A stretch of DNA of 64,000 nucleotides. Origin: an uncultured Rhodospirillaceae bacterium (GTDB taxonomy: Bacteria; Pseudomonadota; Alphaproteobacteria; UBA9219). Positions 8,386 to 17,746 of the stretch are shown in pieces. How positions within the stretch are numbered: the stretch's first letter is position 1; each line of letters begins with the position of its first letter. The stretch covers positions 7,881 to 71,880 of the forward strand of contig CAZPKC010000006.1 of the NCBI GenBank assembly GCA_964587125.1, given 5' to 3'. The notes under the pieces are model-generated. The model searched no databases. It saw only the letters and a list, made by a program, of their open reading frames with translations, and was not told the DNA's origin. The translations under genes were made by a program, and so were the position numbers.

Positions 8386-10203
8386 ATGGGTCGTTTGCGC
8401 GGGTTTTCTTTATCAACCAAAACGGGTCTTGTTGCAGTTCTTGTTTCCGTTATATTTGGCATCGCCGTCATCTGCTCGACGCATCTTATCTTAACTTCGT
8501 ACTTACTGGAACACGCACAAAAAGAGGTTGGCTCCAATCTGCGGTTGGCGCGCACCATCGTCGAATGGAGCTATGGAACGAATTATAGCCAAAAAGACGG
8601 TCGTCTGTTCGTCGGAAATCACGCTATCGATAACGATATGAATTTAATCGATCAAATCACCTCCCAGTTTGGTGAAGATGGCGAGGTTATGACGATTTTT
8701 AAAGACGATGAGCGCATCATTACGAACGTCATAGATCCCAAAACCAATTCGCGCGCGATAGGAACGAGGCTGTCCGAAGGACCCGCCTATAATTCGGTTT
8801 TCCGCGAAAAGAAAAAATACGATGGCGAAGCGACGGTTTTGGGAACCACCTATCTTTCGACCTACGATCCCATCTTTGACGAAAATGGAAAGGTCATAGG
8901 CATCTTTTTTGTAGGTCTTAACAAAGCGTCGGAACTTGCCATCATCAAGAAACTCGAAACCATCATGGCCAGCGCGACGGCGTTTATCGCCTTGCTTGTT
9001 GCCGGTATTTTCTGGTCGGTTTCCCGCTTCCAAATGAAGCCTCTTTTAGAAATGGTGGATGTCGTCGAAGGCCTTCGTCAGGGAAAAACGGGGATTGACG
9101 TGCCCTTTCTCGATCGAGGCGATGAAATTGGGAAAATGGCCTTCGCTATCGAAGTTTTCAAAAAAGACATCATCGAAAATGCCCGCCTGCAAGAAGAGCA
9201 AGAAAAAGAAAGAACCGCTGCCGAAAAACGGACGGCGGAGATTCTCCAATTACAGGCGGAGAAGGCAAAAGAGATGGAGGCCAACGAGAAGAGAACGGCC
9301 CAAATCCTCGAACTGCAAGCGGAGAGAGAACAAGAGCTTGCCGCTAAAGAAAAAAGAACAGTGCGGATATTTCAGCTTAACATCGATTTTGAGAAAGCGA
9401 TCGAGACGGCTCTTGATTCGCTTCTAACCGCCCAAACGGACCTGAACGCCACGGCGGGAGCCATGTCGGAGAATGCTTCCGTAGCCATACATACCGTTCA
9501 GTCGGCCGAGGTTTCCGTTCAGGACGTTTTGGCAAACATACAATCTATCGCTTCCGCGACGGAAGAATTGACCTCATCATCCGTCGAGGTTTCGCGGCAG
9601 GGTTCCTATTCGTCTAAAATTGCCATGAGCGCCATAAATGAGGTCGAGGACACCTCTAAAACTATAAACTCTCTGGCGGATATGGGGAAAAAGATCGGCA
9701 GTATCGTCGATATCATCAAAAACATCGCCTATCAGACGCGTTTGTTGGCCCTTAATGCGACGATTGAAGCGGCGCGCGCGGGCGATGCGGGAAAGGGGTT
9801 TTCCGCCGTTGCTTCCGAAGTTAAAACCCTTGCCGCCCAAACGGCAATGGCGACGGAAGACGTTGCTTCGCAAATTGCGCATATACAGGAAACTTCTCAG
9901 TTTGCCGTCGCTGCAATTATGAAAATTCGCACCATAATTAAGGAAATGTCGGAGATATCCGCCGCTGTCGCGGATCATGCGGAAGAACAGGGCTCAGCGA
10001 CGGCGGAAATTAGCCGTAATGCCAGCAGCGTCGCCAAAGAAGCGTCGAAGCTCTTAAACGACATATCCAGCGCGGAAGAATCGACCAACAAAACCGGATT
10101 GTCGTCGGGAAAAGTCTTGTCAGCTTCAATTTGCCTTGGCGCTCAATCCGACGAACTCAACAAAACCGTCAAGGATTATCTGACAAAAATCAGCCAAGCC
10201 TGA
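8386..10203 (+). CDS. Methyl-accepting chemotaxis protein with periplasmic Cache-type sensor, HAMP, internal coiled-coil repeats and C-terminal MCP signalling domain
   Basis: Two TM segments flank a ~160-aa periplasmic domain. Signalling-domain signature [36 protein letters not shown]. Repeated [14 protein letters not shown] units. Confidence 0.85.
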   Translation: MGRLRGFSLSTKTGLVAVLVSVIFGIAVICSTHLILTSYLLEHAQKEVGSNLRLARTIVEWSYGTNYSQKDGRLFVGNHAIDNDMNLIDQITSQFGEDGEVMTIFKDDERIITNVIDPKTNSRAIGTRLSEGPAYNSVFREKKKYDGEATVLGTTYLSTYDPIFDENGKVIGIFFVGLNKASELAIIKKLETIMASATAFIALLVAGIFWSVSRFQMKPLLEMVDVVEGLRQGKTGIDVPFLDRGDEIGKMAFAIEVFKKDIIENARLQEEQEKERTAAEKRTAEILQLQAEKAKEMEANEKRTAQILELQAEREQELAAKEKRTVRIFQLNIDFEKAIETALDSLLTAQTDLNATAGAMSENASVAIHTVQSAEVSVQDVLANIQSIASATEELTSSSVEVSRQGSYSSKIAMSAINEVEDTSKTINSLADMGKKIGSIVDIIKNIAYQTRLLALNATIEAARAGDAGKGFSAVASEVKTLAAQTAMATEDVASQIAHIQETSQFAVAAIMKIRTIIKEMSEISAAVADHAEEQGSATAEISRNASSVAKEASKLLNDISSAEESTNKTGLSSGKVLSASICLGAQSDELNKTVKDYLTKISQA

Positions 10204-10215
10204 CAAAAGACGGGG

Positions 10216-10881
10216 CTATTTTCCGGTCAAGGCCCTATCCGACACGAACGGATTATCTTTGCGTTCTTGCGCAAAGCTTGATGTTTCGCCGTGACCCGGA
10301 ACGAAGTCAACATCTCCCAAAGGCCAAAGTTTTTGCGTGATGGAATAGGTCAAAGCTTCGGGATCGCTGTGCGGAAGATCAGTGCGCCCGATTGAGCCTT
10401 TGAAAAGAACGTCGCCGACTTGGGCAAAATTATTTTCCTTATTGTAAAAAACGACGTGGCCGGGCGTATGCCCGGGGCAATGAATAACTTGCCATGTCGT
10501 CTCGCCAACCGTGACCGTGTCGCCGTCTTCAAGCCAACGGTCGGGATCGAAGGTATCCATTCCCGCAATGCCGTAAAAAGTGGCGTGCTGGGGAATGTTT
10601 TCAACCCAAAAATCGTCGTCTTCGTGCGGCCCTTCGATCAGAGCGCCCGTTCTGGCTCTAAGCTCGCTCGCGCCGCCGCCGTGGTCAAGATGCCCGTGCG
10701 TGATCCAAATTTTCTCGACGGTTAAGCCGCGCTTTTCGACTTCGGCCAGAATTCGATCGACCTCGCCGCCAGGATCGATGACGGCGCATTTTTTCGTCTT
10801 GGCGCAAGCGACGATTGTGCAGTTCTGCTGGAACGGCGTGACGGGAACGATGAAATAATCGAGAGAAGAACTCGTTTTCAT
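10216..10881 (-). CDS. MBL-fold metallo-hydrolase (glyoxalase II-like)
   Basis: THGHLDHGGG metal-binding motif, plus downstream HCPGHTPGH and PGHGETS. The start overlaps the stop of the upstream gene by 4 nt. Confidence 0.8.
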   Translation of the reverse strand: MKTSSSLDYFIVPVTPFQQNCTIVACAKTKKCAVIDPGGEVDRILAEVEKRGLTVEKIWITHGHLDHGGGASELRARTGALIEGPHEDDDFWVENIPQHATFYGIAGMDTFDPDRWLEDGDTVTVGETTWQVIHCPGHTPGHVVFYNKENNFAQVGDVLFKGSIGRTDLPHSDPEALTYSITQKLWPLGDVDFVPGHGETSSFAQERKDNPFVSDRALTGK

Positions 10882-12746
10882 TTGATTTCTCCAAAACGCA
10901 AACGCGTTAAGGCGCGATGCAGAAGGCTCGCGCCGTCCTCCGACATAATGGATTCCGGATGGAATTGAAATCCCATAAAGCGGACGCCTTCCATCGCGAT
11001 AATCCGGTCTGTCTCGTCGATATCGAATTTAATGTCCCCATGCGCCCGCGCGTTCGCGTTGAAGACAGGCGAAAACGAATTATAAAATCCAAGGCGGAAT
11101 TTTTTCCCCAGAAGGTCGACTTCGCGTTGCATGCCCTGCGTCGAATGAATTTGCCTTTCGACATCGATTTTTTTATTTACCGCCAAAGCCTGATGCCCGA
11201 GGCAGATTCCAAGCATCGGTTTCCGCCGTTTTGTTAAATCGCTTATGATCTCCTGCAAACGACGCATGCGCGGATGCGTCATATCTGTCGGATCGCCCGG
11301 ACCGGGCCCAACGATCACAATATCGCTGTCGTCTTTGGACGGATCAAACGCGAGGCTATCCACGACGGAAACTTCCGCCCGCATCGTGCGCAGCATATGC
11401 CCTGCCATGTGCGCGAAGTCATCTTCATTGTTCAAAATCGTTATTTTGACCTTATCAAGGGCAAGCGCGCCCTCGGCATAAGGGTTTTGGCGGTTCATCC
11501 AGAAAGCCGACAGTTTTTCGTTCCTCGCGCGCAAAATGGGCTCGACCTTGCGGCAGAGATCGTCGGTCAGGTACGGTTCTTTAAGCTGGGCCGCGCCCGT
11601 CAAAACGCCCAACAACCCCATCGCTTTCGCGCGGGATTCTTTGGCTTCGTTGTCGGGATCGGAATCGCGCACGATGCCGCCTCCCGCCTGAACGCGAAAC
11701 TTTCCGTCGCCGTCGATCTCCGCGCAACGGATGAGAATAGCGCAGTCCAAATCCCCGTTGGGGATGTCCGTGCGCGGATTTGAATAGATTCCGATTTCTC
11801 CCGCGTAATACCGGCGCGATTCCGGTTCGTATTTGTGAATGATGCGCGCGGCGCTTTCCATAGGCGAACCGACCACCGTCGGCGCATGAAGCGTGCGTCG
11901 CAGAGCCGATATCGTATCGCGCCCCCGACGCCCGACAAGGCGGTATTCCGTATGCACGACCGCGCCGATGTCGCGCAAAAAAGGCCCTTCGACCTCGCCG
12001 CCGTCCGGACAAATGACGCCCATAATTTTCATTTCCTCATCGACGACTTGAAACAGCTCGTTGATCTCCTTGGGGTCGGCGAGGAAACGGTCGAGGCGCG
12101 CCACGAATGTCCCTCGGTCTTCCTTGCGCAAGGTTCCCGCGATAGGAACCATGATTGTTTCGTTGCCGCGGACTTCAAGATGCCTTTCAGGCGAAGCGCC
12201 TATGATAAATTGGTTTTTGGATTTATCCTTCGGGTGAATATTGGCGAAAAGCACGGCCATATACTGGCCGCGCTGATTCAGGATTTTGCGATAGATGCTT
12301 AAAGCGGTTTGGATATCGAAAGCCTCGATAATTCCGGAAAAACGCCGCGCCAGAGTCGTCTGGGAGGCGTTGCCTTTTTCGATCTCGTTTTTCTGAAAAT
12401 CGCGGACGAGATCGGCGTACGCTTTGTCGGAAAGCGATGCCTCGATTTTCCCGTCCCACGCGATTTCGGACCCCGGCAGTTCGCCCGCCAGAGTTTCCGT
12501 CGGGATAGATAAAGCGATTTCGATTTCAAGCGCCAGAATAGGCTCGTCCCCTCGCGCTTCGAAGCCGCGTTCCCTGATGGCGCGGTAAGGCAAGGCAAAA
12601 GCAATATCGCGCCCCGTTTGGCGCGCAAGCTTATGAATGTCGTCGATTTTATCGAGCGCATGAAACGCTCCCTGAGCGCACAATACGCGCCCTTGTTTTT
12701 CGATCAGCGCAAAAGAACGGTTTGTGTTTATGGAATCGAGAAACAT
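10878..12746 (-). CDS. Fused chorismate-utilising enzyme (anthranilate-synthase-like, PIAGT type) with C-terminal class-I glutamine amidotransferase; TrpE(G)/PhzE-like, 622 aa
   Basis: Chorismate-binding domain motifs ASPERHLEV, MVPIAGT (Ala, not the PabB Lys) and GGGIVRDSDPDNEAKESRAKA. C-terminal GATase with catalytic Cys in GICLGHQ. Shorter than typical 730-aa TrpE(G) proteins. Confidence 0.7.
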   Translation of the reverse strand: MFLDSINTNRSFALIEKQGRVLCAQGAFHALDKIDDIHKLARQTGRDIAFALPYRAIRERGFEARGDEPILALEIEIALSIPTETLAGELPGSEIAWDGKIEASLSDKAYADLVRDFQKNEIEKGNASQTTLARRFSGIIEAFDIQTALSIYRKILNQRGQYMAVLFANIHPKDKSKNQFIIGASPERHLEVRGNETIMVPIAGTLRKEDRGTFVARLDRFLADPKEINELFQVVDEEMKIMGVICPDGGEVEGPFLRDIGAVVHTEYRLVGRRGRDTISALRRTLHAPTVVGSPMESAARIIHKYEPESRRYYAGEIGIYSNPRTDIPNGDLDCAILIRCAEIDGDGKFRVQAGGGIVRDSDPDNEAKESRAKAMGLLGVLTGAAQLKEPYLTDDLCRKVEPILRARNEKLSAFWMNRQNPYAEGALALDKVKITILNNEDDFAHMAGHMLRTMRAEVSVVDSLAFDPSKDDSDIVIVGPGPGDPTDMTHPRMRRLQEIISDLTKRRKPMLGICLGHQALAVNKKIDVERQIHSTQGMQREVDLLGKKFRLGFYNSFSPVFNANARAHGDIKFDIDETDRIIAMEGVRFMGFQFHPESIMSEDGASLLHRALTRLRFGEIK

Positions 12747-12748
12747 AC

Positions 12749-13039
12749 CTATCCCCTTGAATCTGAATTATTTTGTTGTTCGGCTTTCTTTTCGCGCATC
12801 CTATATTTCAAACACCGGTAAACGCCATAAAGACTGATAAGCCCCCATGCCAAATTGGAGATAGAAGACGCTATGTTCGGATGGTAGACGAGGGAGAGAA
12901 GGATCATGATCGTCCCCGCCAGATTGATGGCCGAATAACCAAGTTTTTTCACATACTCGCGCTGCCATTGCGCGCGCCCGTATGCGTATATCGAAATTAC
13001 GGCTCCGAGAATCCCCACGGCATCAGGCAAATCCGTCAT
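12749..13039 (-). CDS. Small (96 aa) membrane protein, 2-3 TM, first gene of the operon with the TrpE-G-like gene
   Basis: Hydrophobic segments GILGAVISIYAY, INLAGTIMILLSLVY and LAWGLISLYGVY. The stop is 3 nt before the next gene's start. Confidence 0.5.
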   Translation of the reverse strand: MTDLPDAVGILGAVISIYAYGRAQWQREYVKKLGYSAINLAGTIMILLSLVYHPNIASSISNLAWGLISLYGVYRCLKYRMREKKAEQQNNSDSRG

Positions 13040-13121
13040 TTTCTTAAACCCCCGAACAAAACATGCCTTGCCACGTTACAATTAATCTGTCACCGAGAAT
13101 AGCCTGTATAATACTCCCGTT

Positions 13122-14513
13122 TTGGATGAGTCAAAGCATGATCCGGGTTTTGTTTTCATGAATTCGCCCTTCCCTTCAGAACGGTACGATGCAGATAACG
13201 CTTTCGCGCGCGGCGTCGCTGCCCAAATTAAAGGAGATATAAATGCCGCCGCGCAAGAATGGCGGCGTGCCCTCGTTCTTGCGCCGGAACACGCGCCTGC
13301 GCTTTATAATCTGGCTGTCGCTTCGGCTTTAATGGGGGATGAAAAAGGCGCCGAGGAAAATTATGAAAAGCTTCTGGCTCTGCACCCCGAGCATAGGGAC
13401 GCCCTTTTCAATCTTGCCAATCTGAAAAAACGTCAGAAGCGCGACGCCGACGCCGAAAACCTTATCAGGCGGTTGACAACCGCTCATCCCGATTTTGCTT
13501 CCGGTTGGGTCAATCTGGCTAAAATATATTCGGATCGCGGCGATTTGAAAAACGCGGAGCCGCTGCTTCGCAAGGCCTTAAAGCTCGACCCCTCCCACGT
13601 CGTCGCGCATTGGAATTTATCTCACGTTTTATTGCGTTCCCATTCTTGGGAAGAAGCATGGAAAGAATATGAATGGCGTTTGCAGCTTCCGGGCTGGCTC
13701 AAGCCGCCGGTTTTGGCAAAAGCGTGGACGAAAAACGTTCCGGCGCGACGCATTTTCTTATGGAACGACCAAGGCAGAGGGGACGCGCTTCAATTTCTCC
13801 GTTATCCCCGCCTGCTGGCGGAAAAAGGGCATGAAGTTTGGGTGCTTGTTCAGGAAGACTTGAAAACGATTGCCGCAACGGCGCCCGGCGTGACGGGAGC
13901 CGTCGGCCCCGACGATCCCTTCCCCGAAATCGACGCCGAAGCGCCGCTTCTCAGCCTGCCCTATCGCCTTGGTTTGCCCGATCCACGAAATGCGGGAACC
14001 GCGCCTTATCTTTCAAGCAAAAAGCAGATGTCCCTGCCCCATCGTTCCAAACAGCTTGCTGTAGGATTGGTTTGGGCTGGGAATCAAAAATTCAAAAACG
14101 ACGCCGATAGAAGCGCGCCGCTTTCCTCTCTTACGCCGCTTTTCGAGATCGAGAATATCGATTGGTACAGCCTTCAATGCGGCGACGCGCACGAACAAAT
14201 TCGGGAAAATCGTCTTTCGGACGTTATTCGAGATTTATCGCCGGGCTTAAGAGATTTTTCCGATACGGCCGCCGTTTTGGAAGCGTGCGATATTATCATA
14301 AGCGTCGATACCGCCGTCGCGCATTTGGCCGGAGCCCTTGGCCGCACGTGTTATTTGATGCTTTCAACAAAGCCGGATTGGCGTTTTGCCGACGATGAAA
14401 CGGCGAGCCTTTGGTATCCGACTTTACGCCCGTTCAGGCAAATCCACGCGGGCGATTGGCAAAGCGTTGTGTCCGATATCGCAACCGCGTTGAGAGAAAA
14501 ATTATCACAATAA
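13122..14513 (+). CDS. TPR-repeat protein fused to a glycosyltransferase family 9 (heptosyltransferase-like) domain
   Basis: The N-terminal half has TPR-like repeats (ALYNLAVASALMG, ALFNLANLKK, GWVNLAKIYSDRGD). The C-terminal half has LAVGLVWAGN... and IISVDTAVAHLAGALGRTCYLML, typical of GT9. An alternative start at M13 is possible. Confidence 0.65.
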   Translation: MDESKHDPGFVFMNSPFPSERYDADNAFARGVAAQIKGDINAAAQEWRRALVLAPEHAPALYNLAVASALMGDEKGAEENYEKLLALHPEHRDALFNLANLKKRQKRDADAENLIRRLTTAHPDFASGWVNLAKIYSDRGDLKNAEPLLRKALKLDPSHVVAHWNLSHVLLRSHSWEEAWKEYEWRLQLPGWLKPPVLAKAWTKNVPARRIFLWNDQGRGDALQFLRYPRLLAEKGHEVWVLVQEDLKTIAATAPGVTGAVGPDDPFPEIDAEAPLLSLPYRLGLPDPRNAGTAPYLSSKKQMSLPHRSKQLAVGLVWAGNQKFKNDADRSAPLSSLTPLFEIENIDWYSLQCGDAHEQIRENRLSDVIRDLSPGLRDFSDTAAVLEACDIIISVDTAVAHLAGALGRTCYLMLSTKPDWRFADDETASLWYPTLRPFRQIHAGDWQSVVSDIATALREKLSQ

Positions 14514-14550
14514 AAATCGCCGCACCGATAAATATCGATGCGGCGATTTT
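14513..14550. terminator. Bidirectional intrinsic terminator hairpin between convergent genes
   Basis: aaaatcgccgca-ccgataaatatcga-tgcggcgatttt: 11-bp stem, A-run and T-run on the two sides. Confidence 0.6.
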
Positions 14551-14564
14551 GAAACGATCACGAC

Positions 14565-17519
14565 TTACTGATTAATTCCGTCAATGCCGCAAGGCGTAAC
14601 TTCATTGCACTGAATAAGCGGCGTGATGCCCGCGTTTCCAGCCCCGCCCGCCTGAGGCGACAGTTCGGCAAGAGAAGTCGGGTTATCGCCGCCCGCATGA
14701 GGCGACAAATCAGCCAAATTCCCGCCCGTGGTCTCTCCGCCGCCGCCGTTCACGATCGAAAGAAGCGTGCCATAGGGTCCGTTTCTGTTGAAGTTATGAG
14801 GAACGTGCTCAAGCACGTCGCCGATGTCCAGAGGATCAACCGTCAACGTGCCCGGGACTATCGTAATAGTGTAGCCGTCGGGATTAGTCGCCACTGTGGC
14901 GACCGCGCCGATGTCAGGATAAGCACCCACGGGCGCCGGAGGCGGCGATCCCGCCGACGTTATATTACTAAAGGTCGGCGGCGTTGTAAGGAAGACGCCG
15001 AGATAAGCGCTCGGATCATAAGCGGCCCCGCCAATCGTATAGCTCGACGTAAAGCCATCGCTCGCCACGACCGACGTGTAGTCTTGCCCGAAAAACTTGG
15101 TCAGATCGTTGAAGGTCACGGTAAGAGCGGGCTCGACGGCGAAGACGTAACGGTCGCCATCGACGGTAATGCTGGTGGGATAAACGGTGTCCCAAATGGC
15201 CGTATTCCCGCTATCGAGGTTGCCGAATACGTCCGTCAGGGGACTGTAGCTATAAACCAGCCAGCGTCCGTCCAAAGCGGTGGGGCTTGCATTATTATTG
15301 ATGAAGTCGCCGTAGCTGTCGGCAAGCGTCACGGACGTTCCTTCTGCCGTGCTATTGACGCCGCCGTTTGCGCCCAGAGTAATGCTTCCGGCTCCGATGC
15401 TCGCGTTCCCCGCAAGAACCTCCGCCAGAAACACGCTGTTGCCCATCGTTTGCATGCCGTTAATTTCGATGCTGCCGGTGTCGTTCAACAGGTTCACGTT
15501 CGTTTGCCAAGTATAGCCGTTGGCCGTGATCGTTCCCGAATCGCGGAAAGTGTTGCCGACGGTAATGCTCGCCGCTTCGGAATTCACATCGCCCAAAACG
15601 GTATTTGTCAGTTGAAGGGTGATGGGGTCGCCTTCGTTATTGAACGCTTCGTCCGCCGGCGATCCGCCGACGCCGATGTTGGTGCCCGACGTAAGAGGTT
15701 CGAAGAAAACGTCTCCGGTTGTTTCTATGGTAGCCGTATTGTCCATGCTGATCGTGTCGGTCACGAAGACGATGTTTCCGCTGTCCCCTACACTGCCGAT
15801 CGTGGCTCCGTCGGTCACGACGATACCGTAATTCCCGTCGCTCGCGAGATTATCTCCGCCGCCGATGCCGACGATCTTGATATTGCCGCTCGTCGAAAGA
15901 ACTTCCGCGTCGGACGTTATGAAGACGCCATAGTTGTTTCCGCTAGGAGAAACATCGCCAATGCTTTCGACAGCGGCAACGAAGTCTTCGCTATCGCTGA
16001 CAGAAACATTTCCACCTTGGCCGAAGATTTTGACGTTGCCGCTATTCGAATAAACTTCCGTGCCACACGTCAGATAAACGCCATAGTTGTTTCCACTGCC
16101 AAAACCGCTGCCTGCGCCTCCGCCGATGCCAACGATCTTGATGTTGCCGCTATCCGATGAAACGACGTCGCCGCTATCCGATGGGACATCCGCGCCGGGC
16201 GGCGTTATCATAAAGACGCCATAGTTGTTTCCGCTGACATTGGCAGCGTCTTGACCGCCGCCTTGGCCGAATATCGAAATCTTGCCGCTACCGCTTGTCT
16301 CGACAACAGAGGCGTTGGCCAACTCGACGCCGTAATCGTAACCGGCCACAAAGGAAGATGCCCCGTTATATCCCGTGCCGGAGATGGAAATGTTCCCGCC
16401 GTTGCCCGCATTAAGCGTGGCGTCGTTAAGATAAACGCCGGCCGTATAAGAACTGTTGCCCTGACCGGCAAGTTTGATGTTTCCGCCGTTCGTGACAATG
16501 GACGAACCCGGATCCATTTCGATCGAGCCGCCGCTCGCCTTAACGCTGCCGTCATTGGTCGTAATGGACGAACCTGCGCCCATATCGATGGAGTTGGCCG
16601 TCAGAACGATCTGGCCGTTTACGGTTTCGACGTTTTCGGCCTGAACGATGCTGTCCAGATTGATCTGGCTGTCGACGACGGCCTCGGCTGCGGACGCCGT
16701 CAATATGACTTGGCCGCCGTTGGAATTGATCGTGCCTGTATTTTCGACCAGCTGATCCTTGATATTTCCGCTGGCCGTCATGCTAAGAAGCCCGTCGCCA
16801 TAAAGATCGACGGAAGTAGCCGTATCGCCGGAAGCAAGAATGACTGTGCCGACATTGGCGTTGATCGTGCCATTATTGACCACTTCAGGAGCGACAAGCG
16901 CGACAAGCCCGCTCGATGTTATCGTGCCGTTATTCGTGACGGACGCAGAGCCGTTGCCGCCCGGCGCAAAGGCGAACGTATTGGTCGTAACATTGGGATT
17001 GAAATTCGAAGAACTGATCGCGCTCGCCGTTGCGATCAAGCCGCCGACGCTGACGGTCGAACCATTTTCAAACGTGATGCCGTTGCCGTTAGCCAGAATA
17101 AGCGTGCCGTTCGGATCGCTGATCTTGCCGAAAATTTGCGAGGCGCTGTTGCCGCCAATTTGGGCAAGAGTCACCATACTTGAAGCAGTAGATTTGTTAA
17201 CAAAATCGACCGTAGCGCTGGAGCCGACGTTGAAGCTCAAAAAATTGATAATCGCGCTGGCTGAGGTTTGTTTGATCGTTTCGGTAACGGTAGGCTTCAA
17301 AATGGTACCGCCGAAGCTGTACCCCAAAGAGGCGTTGCCGCTGGAAGCAATGTTGCTCGGAGTAAGGATCTTGGTTGGAACGGGCGTCGTGAGCGCGGGA
17401 ACCGCTGCCAACGCGGAAGAAACGAACGCCGGATTGATAATGCAAACGGCGGTCAAAAGGCCAGCTATGCTGCTGGCAAATTTCTTATTGTGTTTTTTCG
17501 TCATAGCCGAGTCTCCCAA
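14565..17519 (-). CDS. TpsA-type exoprotein (filamentous-haemagglutinin-family N-terminal TPS domain) with repetitive beta-helical body
   Basis: Signal peptide, then a TPS-domain-like region (ISDPNGTLILANGNGITFENGS, resembling the NPNGI motif). Long G/S/N/T-rich sequence with repeated GNNYGV(Y/F) and SGNIKI(V/F)G(I/Q)GG units. Confidence 0.7.
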   Translation of the reverse strand: MGDSAMTKKHNKKFASSIAGLLTAVCIINPAFVSSALAAVPALTTPVPTKILTPSNIASSGNASLGYSFGGTILKPTVTETIKQTSASAIINFLSFNVGSSATVDFVNKSTASSMVTLAQIGGNSASQIFGKISDPNGTLILANGNGITFENGSTVSVGGLIATASAISSSNFNPNVTTNTFAFAPGGNGSASVTNNGTITSSGLVALVAPEVVNNGTINANVGTVILASGDTATSVDLYGDGLLSMTASGNIKDQLVENTGTINSNGGQVILTASAAEAVVDSQINLDSIVQAENVETVNGQIVLTANSIDMGAGSSITTNDGSVKASGGSIEMDPGSSIVTNGGNIKLAGQGNSSYTAGVYLNDATLNAGNGGNISISGTGYNGASSFVAGYDYGVELANASVVETSGSGKISIFGQGGGQDAANVSGNNYGVFMITPPGADVPSDSGDVVSSDSGNIKIVGIGGGAGSGFGSGNNYGVYLTCGTEVYSNSGNVKIFGQGGNVSVSDSEDFVAAVESIGDVSPSGNNYGVFITSDAEVLSTSGNIKIVGIGGGDNLASDGNYGIVVTDGATIGSVGDSGNIVFVTDTISMDNTATIETTGDVFFEPLTSGTNIGVGGSPADEAFNNEGDPITLQLTNTVLGDVNSEAASITVGNTFRDSGTITANGYTWQTNVNLLNDTGSIEINGMQTMGNSVFLAEVLAGNASIGAGSITLGANGGVNSTAEGTSVTLADSYGDFINNNASPTALDGRWLVYSYSPLTDVFGNLDSGNTAIWDTVYPTSITVDGDRYVFAVEPALTVTFNDLTKFFGQDYTSVVASDGFTSSYTIGGAAYDPSAYLGVFLTTPPTFSNITSAGSPPPAPVGAYPDIGAVATVATNPDGYTITIVPGTLTVDPLDIGDVLEHVPHNFNRNGPYGTLLSIVNGGGGETTGGNLADLSPHAGGDNPTSLAELSPQAGGAGNAGITPLIQCNEVTPCGIDGINQ

Positions 17520-17746
17520 ATTTCAAACGCCGAATATGGATTAACAGATTATTGATGCACAATGAAGTCTTAATGTTTCTTTAGCAACAGAAAAAAATAC
17601 TTTCACCCCTCCTGTGTACGGGAAAAATGTGGGAATTTACCCGTTTTTCCCCGAAAACTCTTGTTTACACACGGTTTTTAATCCTATACACTTCCGCGTC
17701 GCTGTTTGGTCTCGAAAATCGACTTTTATGCCGAAGGGAAAATCCG

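Noticed and set aside
10878-12746. Considered calling this a phenazine (phzE) locus
   Set aside because: No phzF, phzD, phzG or phzA/B-like genes are nearby. The class II DAHP synthase is about 11 kb away and separated by unrelated genes. Kept as TrpE-G/PhzE-like of uncertain pathway.
14697-17183. Plus-strand ORFs of 487 aa and 310 aa inside the TpsA gene
   Set aside because: Arg-rich mirror frames of a highly repetitive G/S/N/T-rich gene. The minus-strand ORF has a signal peptide and a TPS domain.
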